Positions 13,000 through 26,261 are shown, numbered from the stretch's first letter. The stretch is 64,000 nucleotides of DNA from Lama guanicoe (GCA_013239625.1 MU057202.1:3981101-4045100); one strand, 5' to 3'. Numbers and translations: made by a program. Notes: generated by a model from the letters alone, not told the origin.

Positions 13000-14070
13000 C
13001 GACCCCCACCCCCGTTCATCTCATACAAAGCCTGAAGCTGGGAGGCTGCTCTGTGTCCTTCAACATTAAACACGAAGTCAAAGCTCGCAGGCGGTGTGGG
13101 GAGCCCGCACCCCGACAGCAGGTCTCGATGAACGATGGGAAAAAGCGTTCAGAGGGAACACTGTCGTCCAGGAAACAGAAGACAATAAAAGAAAACAAAA
13201 TTTCTAACAGATGTTAGACAATATTGCTTCCACAGCGGCACAGGGCACAGAGGGAGAAAACCAAAACCAAACACTTAGGAAAGCATTCTTGGGAGACTAA
13301 GTGTATAAATCCTGGGGGAAGTCATGTAGAAGTGCCGGGAGTCAGAATTGAGGAAACTCACGGCATAAATTAAAAAAACAGAATTCCTATTCTATTCATA
13401 AATCCGTAGAACAGCAGCACAAGAAAACCTAAAACAGGAGAGAAAAACACAAGAGACAAAGAGGACCCCTGGGGGTCCAGCCCTTGACTGACAGCAGCCC
13501 CAGGGAGGGAGGGGAGGCAGCCGGAGGCAAGGGGTTCGAGGGCGCTCCCTGGACCAAAGGCTGGGAGACCTCCAGCCGGTTAGTGTGGAGCTTGGATGAA
13601 AAGGTCTCCAGCTAAGGCCCGTCCCTGAGAAACTGCAGAGCCCGAGGAGCAAGAGCTGACCTGGGGAGATCACGGAGAGAAAGCGGCCTGCCCCTACAGA
13701 GAACTGGACTCCCCGCAACAAGGGTGTGGACGCCCTGGGGCCTCCAGGCTCCGGGAGAAGATGGTCTGCAGGCAGCACACCTGCTGAGCAGCTCTGAGGG
13801 CACAGCAGCGTCACGTGCAAACTCCCCCAGACTCCGCGAACGGCCGCCACACCCCCACTGCTGGGCAGTGGCGCCAGGACTAGCTCCAGCAGGCAAGAAC
13901 GTAAACCGAAAGGAGGAAGACTTGGGGCAGAAATTCGGAAAAACACAGATCCAAAGGCAGGTGTGAGGCACAGAGCTTGGAAGGTGGTGGGAACATGACG
14001 ACAGCTCCCTGTGGAAGAGAAAAAAGCAACGGAATGTCCAGGACGAGCAGTCAGACCACACTGTGGCGAA
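13000..14070 (+). mobile_element. Highly decayed L1 ORF1-like fragment
   Basis: A-rich, purine-biased sense strand with L1 ORF1-like layout; family not resolvable by eye. Confidence 0.35.
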
Positions 14071-14691
14071 CAGGCTTCAGGGATGGGGGTGCCTGACCCG
14101 TGGGGCGGTTCTGAGTGGTTCCGAGGTTAAGGCTCCAACAGGACTGCTGGGCTATAGGGACCACGATGAACTCTGTTTATAGACAGTTGCAGAGCCTGGG
14201 AAATCTGACCCCGAGGCCACCTGGCCACGCCGCAGGATGTGAGTCAGGGACAGTTTAGGATCCCCTGGAGCCGGCCTCCTAGGTGTGTCCTTGGGCCCCT
14301 CCTCCGGGCGATGTTCCAGGGCCATCGTCCTGGACTCTTCCAATGTTTGCACAAGGATGCCCAGGCCGCCGTGGGGTGTAGCCAAGTGGCCTTGACTCCT
14401 CTCCTCCCAGGGGCACCGGAGGAAGTGTGGTCACACCCGCAGCCTAGGTCCTAGAAATGTTCTCTGTCACCACCTGGCAGGAACCACCTGCAGCTGAAGT
14501 TAGCAAACGGAACTTGGACGTCCCCGGGGAGGCCAGCGCCCTGTGGAATCACGCTGGAGCCAGGGGCAGAAGGAAAAGTCAGAACACCAGTCTTGTCTTT
14601 CCTGGAAAGTTTCATGTTTTCTTCGCCATGGATTTTTGAGGCAGGAAGTTTTGAATTTTAAAAATATTGCATTAAAGTGCTATTTAAAAGT

Positions 14692-14836
14692 GGGGAGGGT
14701 GTAGCTCAGTGGTAGAGTGTGTGCCTAGCATGCACAAGGTCCTGGGTTCAAGCCCCAGCACCTCTGTTAAAATGAATAAATAATTGAATAAATAAATAAA
14801 CCTAATTACCTTACCCCCCAGAAAAAAAATTTTTTA
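14692..14836 (+). mobile_element. Full-length tRNA-derived SINE (camelid Vic-1-like)
   Basis: ggggagggtgtagctcagtggtagag (A box)...cctgggttcaagcccc (B box), (AATA)n linker, cctaattacc...ccccc tail and A run. Confidence 0.85.
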
Positions 14837-17262
14837 AAATCCTATTTGCCCCATGAGTGAGGTTCCTCGTGTCCCGGCTTTGAAATTCACGCCCGAGGTG
14901 CGGGCATCACTCCGCAGCCTCCACTTTTGGTGCTGGGACTCAGACTGCATCCCCAGGAGGAGGGTGCAGGGAGGAAGCCCCTTCTCAGCCATGCACCCCT
15001 CCCACCAGGAAGCAGGCTGGGGGGGCTCTAAGTCCCCCCTGCTACGTGGCTGTTAAGCTGATCATGTATTACACAGGCACGACCAGACAACTTACAAATG
15101 CTTAAGCAATTAAGTGAATTCTGAATTTAAAACGAAAAGCAGGTCAAAGCCAAGGATCAGGCAGGTTTACAAACACAAACATGTGGCGCTGTCTGGGGAA
15201 GGGTGTGGGGTTCAGACCTCGTGGACAAGGAGGGACCGCCCAGTCAGAGAGGAGCTGGGCCATGCGGGGCATCACGGCTGGAAGGCGGCTCGTCAGCCTC
15301 GAGAGCAGGGACCCGTGACTTCACACAGGATGCCACTGTTCCTGGGAAAACGGCCCAAGACAGTGCCGCAGACAAGTGACAAAGAAAGCATAACAGACAC
15401 GTCGAGAGAGGAGAAGAAGGCACCAGAGAAGCAAGGAGCCTGGACAGAGGTGTGGTCGCACCCAAGGGAACGCGGTGCCCAGTGGGATGCACCCTTCGCG
15501 AGAGGGCCTGTGTGTCGAGAGCAGTTCGGATGCAAACGTGACTGCTGCTCGGGGGAGGGCAGCCCCTTGGGGGGCAGGAGAGGAGCCTCCTCGCTGTGGT
15601 AGAGGAGGACCAAGGTGACCTTGAGAAAACAGCAAAACAAGATCGGGGGGAACACGAGAAAGAGCACGTTTAGAGGAAAGCGGGACTGCTCTTCTCATTC
15701 TGACTTAAACTGTGACTTAAATGGTCACGTGTAAAGACAGGTGTTCAGATGAGGCTGAGAAATAAAGTACAAGGTACGCTTAAAAAACCCTGAAACAAAC
15801 AGTAAACCGGAAAAACGCTGAAAACACAGAGAAAAATGGAGCAGCAGCCGTTGGTGAGGTGGACATGTGTTAACGGCTGTGTCGATGAAGACGGTTCCAG
15901 GGAGCACATGGCATTGTCACCACGTGAGCAGTGTCCCGGTCACGAGAGCGAGGCCAAGGTGTGGAAGGGGAGTGGGCGTGGAGCTCAGAGAAGAAGGGAC
16001 GTGCTGGGGCCACAGGGAAGGCATGAAGGGCAGACGGGTGTCTCCACGGCGAGGGCACCTGTCCCAGGGGCTCCAGGCGCCGGACGTGGAGGGTACAGCC
16101 CCCAGGCAGTCTGGCCGGAGCGCTGGGTTCCCCACCCATCGAGGGCACCTCTCCTGCACAGGGTGGTGGTGGGGGTCAGATCCCAGGGACTGGCACTGAG
16201 AACGCCCAGGAGCCCCCTGCTTGGCGTGCGCGGTGGACAGAGGGAGAGAAGGTGGGCCTTGGGCTCATGCTCCTTCACAGGCTGCCTTTTCCACGGGAGG
16301 AAAACAGGCTGAGGCCCAGGCACTGGGACACTCGGCTAAAGACGGCAGAGGCAGGGCTGGGCCATGACCTGACCTCCCGTCCCAAGCTGGAGAAAGGGCC
16401 AGGAGCTGGGCCTGTCCTGGGGGCCAGGGAGGGGACCTGCCTGTGACCCAGGCTTCGCAGGGCAGGTCCACGTGGCCCAGCAGCCCTGAGAATCCAGACT
16501 GGGCTGGGGCTGCCCAGCTGTCCACCAGAACCTAGGATGCTGGCCCAGCCCTGGGACCAGGATTCGTGACTCATCGTCCTGGCCTTGCCTGGGCGTCTGG
16601 TTCTTAGAATCCCACCCCGCCCCCCAGGCCTGAGTGTGTATGACAAGGCCAGAAAGACCCCCAGCTTGAAGGAAGTGCGGACACTCCAGGCTTCAGACCC
16701 CAAGCCCCAGAGTCCCACCTGCTTGGCCAGGAGCCTGCAGCTGGAGTGTGGGTCTCGGTGACGCCAGGGGCCGCAGGCACCCCAACCCTGGGGTGGGGTA
16801 GGGTGTGGTGGGAGCACTCTGTCTTCCATGTGAAGTAACACAGAACTGTTTCCCAGGCAAACACAGGGGTCCATTCAAGGACTCACTGCTGAATCTTGCT
16901 GGCAGACCTCCGAAACCCCAACATCGGGTCCTGGGGGTGGCAGGGAGGTAACAGGACACAGCAGTGCCGTTGGCCACTTTCCCTGAGCTGCCTCTTCTAC
17001 TGCCTTGTTCTGTGACCTGGGCACCAGCCCCGCCCTGGGGTCAGCACGCTCTGCCACACCTCTGCCTGGCCCAGCCTTGGTGGGTCCAGGAACTCCCATC
17101 CACCCTCCCTCGCGCCCTCGCAGGGAATGTGCTGATTACTGATAAACAGGAGGGCTCCCACAGGTCACCTGGACCAAAGGCCTCTGCCTGTCTCCTGGCC
17201 AGGACAGCCAGTCAGGAGGGCACATAGGACCGGTGGGGAAGCCAGCTCCTGGGGACCAGATC

Positions 17263-20200
17263 ATGTGGGCCAGCTGGTGGTTCTGGCCCCTGGTGGCCAT
17301 CTGCATTGCAGACCAGTTCCGGGACCAGGCGGTGCAGATCATGCAGGACACGCCTGCCATTGATGGGTAAGCAGCCCCTGCTATGATGGGCCCAGCAGGG
17401 AGGTGGGGTCGAGGCTCCAGTGCCTTGCCTTGGGACAGGAGTGGCCATCTCTGCCGGCACAGCCTCCCCAGCTGCATGTGGCTTTGCCTTTTGCTGCCTC
17501 AGCTTCTTCATGGGGTCTCTTCGGGCCTCCAAAGGCTTCAGCAGAGGAGAGCCTGTGGGGAACGGAGCAGGAAGGCGGAAATGACCGGGCCCCCATGGTC
17601 CTCGGCCTCTCCATGGGGGTCAGATCCCTGCTCAGAGTGGGTGCTGGGGTCGGAGGACCTTGGGGCCTTGCCTCTTGGGGCCTCAGTCTCCCTAATGAAG
17701 CTGCAGGTGAGGGTGGTGTCTGCCCTGGGCCCCCAAGACCCCCGTCTTGGTCCTCTTGATCCTGAGGCCCTCTTGTCCAGCCCCTCCCTCTCCTGCATCC
17801 GCCGGGGTGAGCCCCCTCGGGTGCTGCGCATCCGGCTGGGCCTCCTGGAGGTACATCATGCTTCTGTGCCCCAGACTCGGCTCCTGGGCACCTGCTCCCA
17901 TGGCCCCTCTTCCAGGCAAGACCCTGGCGACACGCTGTCACTCCTTCTCTGATGTCACAGCCAGCCTGGCAGCACCTGTCCCCTTCACTTACCCTCCCAC
18001 CTTCTGCGCAGAGTCATGCCTGAGCCTCTGATTGTCCCCTACTTCTGCTGGCCCAAGGTCAGGTCTCAACACTGCAGCCAGATGGAGCCTTGGAGACACA
18101 AGTCCCAGCTGCGGTCCTTCCAGCTCAAACCCCCACCATTGTGGCTCCACTGAGCTCAGGGGTCAGCCCGGTCCTCCCGGTGGCCCCCACGGCCCCTCGC
18201 GGCGCCCAGCTGTGCCATGCCCTTCGAAGACGCTCCTCTCAGTGCCCTGCCCACCCTGCATCCAGCCCCCTCCCTCTGCACCTCCAGGGCCTTCCTGAGC
18301 CCTGGGAGGACCCCCCCCGCACCGCGCACACATTCCAGCCTCCAGCTCTTTCCACATGGCCGAATCCAGCCCAGCAGAGTGGCCTCTGGCGCATGCTGGC
18401 TCTTGGGTGCTGGGAAGTTTAGGGGAACACCCCTGAACTTAGCTGGACAGAAGCTCTGCAAGAAAAGCAGAGGAAACAGGTGCCTTGTCACATGGGACTT
18501 TCAGCGAGCTGAGTGCAGCCCTAGAGGAGGAAGTTGCTGTCAAGGGTCAGGGTGCAGCTCCCCCCGTCCCTCCCTCCCTCCCTCAGTACCCCCCCATCAC
18601 TTCCCTTCACCTCCTCCTGGTCCTCCTGTCCCCTTGCTCTCCCCTCTCGGTCTCTCGAGGTCCCTGCAGGGCTGGGTCCCCTCACCGGCACAGAAGGTTG
18701 ATTGCAGAAGCCCCTGCCCTCAGCTTCCATACTGCAGCCCCTGCTATCTGGCAGGAACGGTCTGGACCCAGGGACTGGGCATCCCAGGCCAGCAGAGGCT
18801 GACAGGAGATGCTAACAGAATGAGCCAGGGAGGAGTCCCGTCATTCTGGGGGACTTGGGACAGCTGGGCACAGAGAGAGGGGTCCGAGGTTAGGTGCTAT
18901 GGGCTGTCCAGGCCCATGTGAGGCATACGATGGCTCAAAGAGCCCAGAGAGCCAGGAATACTCAGGAAGCTGGGACTCGGGGATCTAGGATTGTCCAAAG
19001 GGCTAGAAAGCTAAGACTAGGCTGAAAGAATACAAGCCAGTTTGTATTAGCTACTCTTATTGGTAAGAAACCCAAGTAAGTAGCTTCAACAACAGAGAAG
19101 CCCGGAGGAAGTCCTGGCCCAGCATTCCACGATGGTATTGCCAACATTCCCACAGTTACCTAACAGTTTAACGTCGCTGCACCAACTCCAGCCATCACAC
19201 CTGTGTGCCGTAGCTGGTCAAAGCATGTGTTTGGCTGTCGTTTGAAGCTCTTTCCAGCACTCAGACTCCTCCCCTCCCTCCCCTCTCTGAGTAGGATGGC
19301 AGGGCCTCTGCCACTGCTGAGGCTGGTACCTGGCCACACAGATAAGGAGAGGAGCTCTGCCAGGCTCCAGGCGGTGTTGACCATAATGTGGCGGTGGCGG
19401 CTGTCCCTTACTTTGGGTTCCAACGAAGAGCAGAGAGGCTGGGAGGAGGAGGGAAGAGCAAAGCGGAGGCAGCTGGAGGGTGGGGCTGGATTTCCCAGAT
19501 GAGCAAAGGAGTAAAGTCTTGCTTCAGGGACGGCGCCCAGAAGGCGAGAGACTGGGCATGCTGCTGGGCTGGGGAAGGGAGGGCAGGAGGGCCCGCGGTA
19601 GGAGAAGAGCCCTCCTCCAGGCTGTCCTCACAGACCCCTTGTCACCAGGTTAGGGGTCCAACCTGGTACCTCCCTGGACGTCCCATGCGTGTGCGCAGGC
19701 TAGTGAAAGCCAGGTTCTGACTGGTGGGGCAGGGCTGGGCCTACGTCTCTAGTGAGACCCCAGGGGCTGAAGCCACGTCCAGCATCTGGAGCTCATGGAT
19801 CAAGTCTGTCCCCTTGGGGCCACTCCTGGTCCCTGCCTGCCGGTTCCTGGATCCAGGGAGGAACCTGCCCCAGCTCTGTGGGTCCTGTCCTGGAAGACCC
19901 TCGCTGGTTGCTGACAGCTTTCCTCCCTCCCCGTCCCCGTCTTCCCCCTTCCTGGCCCCTTCTTCCTTCCCCTCCTCCCCTAGAGAACTCCCCTCCCTGG
20001 GAAACCCTCAGAGGGCCTGCCCTTTGGGGGCTCAGAAGGACAGCAATGGTGCAGGACTGTGCCCAGGGGCAGAGGCGGCAGAAGGCCTGGGGGCCCCTAA
20101 ATCCTGCACCGATGCCCTGCTCCCACGGCCGCCCTAGGAGGATGGACTGGGGATGCCAGGCCCCGCAAGGGTAGGCCACGCCCCACACTTCCCCACCCTC

Positions 20201-22843
20201 TCCCTGCAAACATGAGAATTTCACGTTCAGTCTCTGAAATCCGGCAGGGGTGTAACTGTACACCCAGCTACCCTCATGTCAACCAGCCTTGTTCATGGAG
20301 GTGACTTCAAGTCAGCACCCTGCACCCAAGAAGACTTCAAAGCCAAGCAAGCATCTGCCCTCCCTCTTCCGCAGGGAAAGACCTACCCATTTAGGGCTCT
20401 CAGCTCAGTTACCTGGCCTGGGGGTGGGGCCCAGCTGAGATGCTCACCTGTGCTCAGGTGTGTTCAGAGGACTTTAATCACCCTGGTGACCCTGTTTGTC
20501 CTCAGCCTGTGAGAAGAGGGGTGGCCTGCCTGGGAGAGAGTACGAAGGGCCCAGGTCCAGAGGGGCTGGCCTGACCTGCCCCGGCCCCTCCTCCTGGCCC
20601 CTCCAGGCACAACGACCTGCCCTGGCAGCTGCTCAAGAGCTTCAACAATCAGCTCCTGGACACGAGGGCCAACCTGAGCAGCCTAGCCCACACGCACACC
20701 AACATCCCCAAGCTGAAGGCCGGCTTTGTGGGGGGCCAGGTACAGTCTGGCCCCGAGCGTGACTACTCTGGAGTCCATCGCCCCTTCCCGTGGCTCTGGG
20801 CTAGCGTGCTGCCGCTCCCTGGTGGCAGCGTACCTCCCTGGGCCTTTAGAGGGGATTCCAAGAGCCACTCAGCTGTGCGGAAGGCTTCCAAGACAGAAGG
20901 GACACCAGAGGCCCATCTGCGTGTGGGGGGTGGGGCCTGGGGCCTGGCTCCTCAGCTCCCAGCCCCTCCCCTCTGTGGCCCCGCAGTTCTGGTCTGCGTA
21001 CACACCCTGTGACACCCAGAACAAAGATGCCGTGAAGAGGACGCTGGAGCAGATCGACGTCGTCCACCGCACGTGCCAACTGTACCCTGAGACCTTCGTG
21101 TGTGTCACCAACAGCACAGGTGGGTCCCCAGAGCCTGCTGGCGCTACGCTGCCAGTCTCCACGCGCCGGCTCCCCGGACACCCAGGCACCCTCCTTGCAG
21201 GCATCCGGCAGGCCTTCCAGGAGGGCAAGGTGGCCAGCTTGGTTGGCGTGGAGGGTGGCCACTCCATTGACAGCAGCCTGGCTGTCCTGCGGGCGCTCTA
21301 CCATCTGGGCATGCGGTACCTGACCCTCACCCACAGCTGCAACACGCCCTGGTAAGGAGCCCCAGGAGGGCCTCCGGGTGGGCTGGGCCGATGCTGGCCC
21401 CGCCCTGCTCTGTCCTGGAGCGGGTGGGCTGGGACGACCACTCCGCCCCTCGCCCCTCAGGCTCCCGCTGTCTGCTCTCCCAGGGCCGACAACTGGCTGG
21501 TGGACACGGGGACTGACACGGCCCAGAGCCAAGGCCTGTCATCATTCGGGCAGGTGAGTTGATGGGACCAGGGTCACCCTCAGATGACAGGACTGGGTTT
21601 GTCACCTGAGTTTCCTCAGCTGGCAGACCACTGGAGGGTTTGTTAACACCTGGCCCAGCCCGGGGCCAGCCTCTAGCCTGGACCTCTCAGGGGGCCGTGA
21701 CAAACCCCAGAAGGCTGTGACCCCGAGTGTGCGCAGCTCAGCCTGTGTGGTCCCAGGGCAGCGGCCGTGACCCCTGAGCCCTGTCCCCCTCAGAGTGTCA
21801 TAAAGGAAATGAACCGGCTGGGCGTCCTCATAGACTTGGCCCATGTGTCCGTGGCCACCATGAAGGCTGCCCTGCAGCTGTCCAAGGCCCCCGTCATCTT
21901 CAGCCACTCCTCCGCCTACCAGCTGTGCCAGCACCGGCGCAACGTGCCTGACGACGTGCTCCAGTTGGTGGTGAGGGCGGCGGCGACAGTCTGCCCCCGG
22001 GTGGGCCCGGTGCCTCGCTGCTCCCGTCCACAGCCCCCCTCTCCCCCTCCCCCGAGCAGAGGCAGACAGGCAGCCTGGTGATGGTGAATTTCTACAATGA
22101 CTACGTTTCCTGCAAAGCGGAGGCCAACTTGTCCCAAGTTGCAGGTGGGTGGGCCTGAGCGTCTGCAGTGTGGGTCAGGGGCCTCTTGTGGGACCACATG
22201 TGCCACCTCCCCGCAGACCACCTGGACCACATCAAGGCGGTGGCGGGAGCCGGAGCCGTGGGCTTTGGTGGGGACTTTGACGGTGTTTCTAGGTAAGGCG
22301 AGACGTGCATCCTGTGATAAATTTGTCAGGAGAGGCTGGAGGAGGGGGCCGTGTTCTGAGGAAAACTGCTCCACCAGATTCTGGGGCTTGGGATGGGGGT
22401 GGACAGGCACCCAGGCCCCGACCCCCCCCTGGATGCAGAGCTGGGCCCTCTCCACCCTCGCCTCAGGCTCCCCTCAGGGCTGGAGGACGTGTCCAAGTAC
22501 CCAGACCTGGTCGCAGAGCTGCTCAGGAGGAAGTGGACAGAGGCGGAGGTTAGGGGCCTCCTGGCTGACAACCTGCTGAGAGTCTTTGAGGAAGTGGAGC
22601 AGGTGAGGAGGGGCCATCCACCCCCATTACCGCCCCCACCCTGGAGGCAGGCAGCCAACTCACGTCTGTCCCCAGGTGAGCAATCACACACAGGCTCCCG
22701 GGGAGGAGGTGATTCCGCTGACCCAGCTGGAGCCTTCCTGCAGGACCCAGTATGGCTACTCCAAGTCCTCTGGGAAACACCTTCAGCCGGGGGCCCTGCT
22801 GGCCTCCCTCGTGCCCCTCCTCCTCTGCCAGGGTCTTCTGTGA
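17263..22843 (+). CDS. DPEP1: Dipeptidase 1 (renal membrane dipeptidase, GPI-anchored M19 zinc metallopeptidase), 410 aa, spliced
   Basis: Coding exons 17263-17366, 20607-20739, 20987-21119, 21201-21351, 21484-21553, 21794-21970, 22060-22144, 22217-22292, 22467-22602, 22676-22843 (1233 nt, all GT-AG, frame consistent). Signal peptide [62 protein letters not shown] followed by a hydrophobic GPI signal. Upstream non-coding exon(s) not located; the likely acceptor of the ATG exon is at 17162-17163. Confidence 0.97.
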
Positions 22844-22937
22844 CACCCCGGGGACCTGTCCACTCGGACCCGCCCGTCCCGAGCAGGCGCCTGGGCTCCC
22901 CGGGGGCAGCACGAAGCCCAGGCACAGCTGGACGCTC

Positions 22938-22943
22938 AATAAA
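22938..22943 (+). terminator. DPEP1 polyadenylation signal AATAAA
   Basis: Canonical hexamer about 95 nt after the TGA at 22841-22843. Confidence 0.85.
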
Positions 22944-25900
22944 GGCACTGGCCTTTTCACTCTTGAGGGCGTGTCCTTGAGGGGCTCCTGGCTGGGCACG
23001 CACACACAGGAGTGCCCGAGTCCTGAAGGTCAGGGCCAGAGGGGTCAGGGTCGGGAAAGGGCTTTGCCTGGACATCACAGGAGGGAGGGTCTTGAACAAC
23101 ACAGTCCAGGTCCAGCTGCCACCCTCCCACCTGTACACAGGCACATATACGCACACACACGTGTGCACACCTAGACACCCACATCCTCACACTAATGCAC
23201 ACCCCCTACTCCCCACTGCATGTGCCCACAGCCCAGCTGCTGGCCCAGCCTCTCTTGAGTAACAGGAAAGCAAGGTCTGGAGCGAGGGGCTCTCCTGGGC
23301 CCAGCCCTGCAAGGCCCCTCACACACCACGAACATGGGCCTGCAGGGCAGAGCTACCCAAGGGGGCCCAGTACCTTCCCCTGGTCAGTCAGTGGGTGTAT
23401 GGAGATGACAGGACCCCCAACATGTCCCTGCCGGCTCCTTTCCAGACCAGAGGCCCTGAGATCGCCCCTCTGCTTAGCTTTCCTGAGTCCTCTGTGAAGA
23501 AGCATGAACCCCCTGGGTGCCTGTCCCTTTGGATGGGACTTCATGGGGTGGGGGGCAGACAACGGAGAGGGCAGGAGAGCCCCCACTGGTGGCCTCTGGG
23601 TCGGGGGCCTGTTGTGGGCCCGCCTCTGGCTCCCAGCAGGCACCCTCTCCAGGCAGATCTCAAGTGAGCAGAAGGGACACCTGTGGGCCCTTGCTGGGCA
23701 CTTGGATCAATTTCATGGTACAGGAGAAAAAAGCAAGTCGAGGGTTTCTGTCCTGAGGTGGCCAAATCCTGCCCAGACCCCTCTCCCCGCCACAGCTGAT
23801 TCTTCTGTGGGGCTACAGGAGGCCGCAGGTGGGCACGCCTAACTGCTAACCGGGTATTTTCCCATGAGAAATACCAGCCCATGTGCACGGAATCACACCA
23901 GAGGCCACACCTCAAGTGAATCCATCTGGATCTGGGGATTCCTCTGCTCGCCTATCATTCCAACCTCAGAGAGGCAGATGCTCAGGCCTTTCCTGGTGGT
24001 CCTGGTAACGGGCTCCACAGAGGCGAGCACCAGGCAGGTGGAGCCTGGGCCACTGAGGGAGGCCACACCTGGAGGGCCGTCTCCCCGGGCAGGGCCCACC
24101 TCAGCGATTCTCAAAGCAGGTGAAGAACAAAGCAGACTAGGACTTGGTTCAAACAGACGCGCTCAGAGCAGGGACAGGGAGGCCTGGAGCCGCAAGTGGT
24201 CACGTCGGCAGGCTGGCTGGGGACGAGCCGCACAGGGTCACGGCTGAGGTTCTGGCTCTAGGACCTTGGTCCTGGTTGGCACACCCATGAGACAGTCAGG
24301 CTGGGAAGTGCTCTGTGGAACACAAACCACTGACTCCCATAGACACTAACAGCTGCTGTGAAGGGGGCGTCGGTGAGACCAAGGATGACCCGATGAGGCA
24401 CTGAGAGGCCACAGCAGGGGCTGCACAGTGTCCTCTGGTTGGAAAGGGGTGTGGCCAGCAGTGCTGTGTGTGGGCAGCAGGGAGGTGAGGACCTGAAGAC
24501 TGGTTTTCACTGTCCAAGAAGTTACCAGCGAGGAGGGGGAGTCCCGACTGAACCTGATTAAGGGTGACTCGTGGTTTCCATGCATAGGGGTACAAGGTAA
24601 CTGGCCAGCACGCCTCAAGACTGTCAGGTCACAGAGACAAAGAAATGGGAGCTAGTGACATCAGGGCAGCTTCCTGACTCGGCGGTTACGTGCGGTCAAC
24701 CAGGAAGTGGTGTGAGGAAAGCTGGCCAGCGGGAGTGCACAGAAACCGGGTTCTTGGCAACTTTTCCATAAGTTTACACTTATTTCAAAATAAAAACTTG
24801 ACACTGTGGATCTGAGTCCCTCTGTCTGAGGGGCCTGGGAGTGTGCATTCCTCCCACGACCCCTCCTGTCCTCCTCAGGCACCTCTGCTCACCTCCTACT
24901 GGGGGGCTGTGGAGCACACTGAGGGTCCCAGCTAAGGCTCCCACGCCACCCAAGGCTCCGGAGCGAAGATGGAGAAAGTTCTCAGCAATCAACTTTTACT
25001 CACAACAGCATTCCAGGAAAAGGCAAACTTGGCTTCTGCCCCCACCCGGCATCTCCGAGGAGCTCTGCATCCACTGGGGGCCACGGCCAGGGAGCCGGGC
25101 GAGGTCGGCATCACGGAAAAAAAGCCAGGTGGCACTTTGGGTCTCATGCCACAGTCCAGAGTGCCGGGCACCCCATACACCTTACTGCACGAACGCGCAG
25201 GGGCTCAAGTCTAGGAAGCACCAAACACAGTGAGCCAGGGAAAGCACTCCATCTCCATCCATGTGAGCCATTACTGTGAGGATGCCAGATGGCCTCTGGC
25301 CGGCACTGACCATGCAGCGCTCCTCAGTGGATGTCGCAGAGGGGCTGACGCCCAGAGCTCCTGTCTGCTGCACATTCCTTTTCTTTTGGCAAAACAAACA
25401 ACTCCCCCACCCCAAACCCTGGAAGCTTCAAGAAACGAAATAAACTTCGGGAATTAGGAAACTAGAAAACTGCAGCCCGTCCCAAGCTCTGTTAGGTGCC
25501 CAGCACGTGTCGGGAGAGCTGCCGCCGCTGCTCGCCAAGGGCAACTCTCCCAGCAGCCACTCTGGCTTCAAGTAGCCGGTGTGAGCCCACAAGGTAGGGT
25601 GAGCCAGACAAGCGAGGGAAGGCACCCGATTATTTACAGTGACAGGAGAGGCCTCAGTACAGACTCTGGGCTCCTGGAGGAGACACAGGACACCCCTGCG
25701 GGGCCCGAGCCCTCCAGAGGTGTGGTAGGCGGAGGATGCAGACCACCAGTGGGCACGCCTGGACTTGGAGCTGGGCGTCTTATACTGGGGAGCTAGGTGG
25801 GGCAGCTGGCAGGGGGGAGGTCCAGCTGGAGTGGGGGCCTACGGGGGCTGCCTGGCAATGGGGAGCAGCCCTGACCCCCACGGACAGCACACCTGCCATC

Positions 25901-26261
25901 ACATGGAGTCTGGAGTCTGCAGGTACCCACATTCATGTGGCCACCGCTGGCCAGTCCTCAGCAACTCCTTGGAGCATGGTTGGTGGAGGGGCCTGCAGAT
26001 TCCCAGCTGGTTGGGCCAGAGTCACAGAAATTACCCAGAGAAGTCTGAAGTTTGTGCAAACTCACCCCCCAGGACACAGACCCACACCCATGCTAAGAGA
26101 AGAGGAATGGTGTCCAGGCAGGCCTGGCAGGTGAGGGGCCGAGAACAGCAGGGCTGCCAGCTGCTGCTGCGGGGTCGGGGTCATCAGAAAGACAAGGCCG
26201 GTGGGGAGGGAGGCAGGGGTGTCCTTCCCGGCCCTTCCCGCACGAGGCTGGAGGCAGTGCA

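Noticed and set aside
14692-14765. tRNA gene (A and B boxes, tRNA-like 5' end)
   Set aside because: Followed by an AT-rich SINE body and tail, present in several diverged copies, one with a TSD; it is a SINE
16790-16812. G-quadruplex/KLF-type tract upstream of the DPEP1 ATG exon
   Set aside because: Such G-tracts are abundant throughout the window, so this one is not distinctive
321-17100. Protein-coding exons (e.g. CPNE7 3' end) upstream of DPEP1
   Set aside because: No copine-like or other recognisable peptide in any frame; the region is repeats and regulatory DNA
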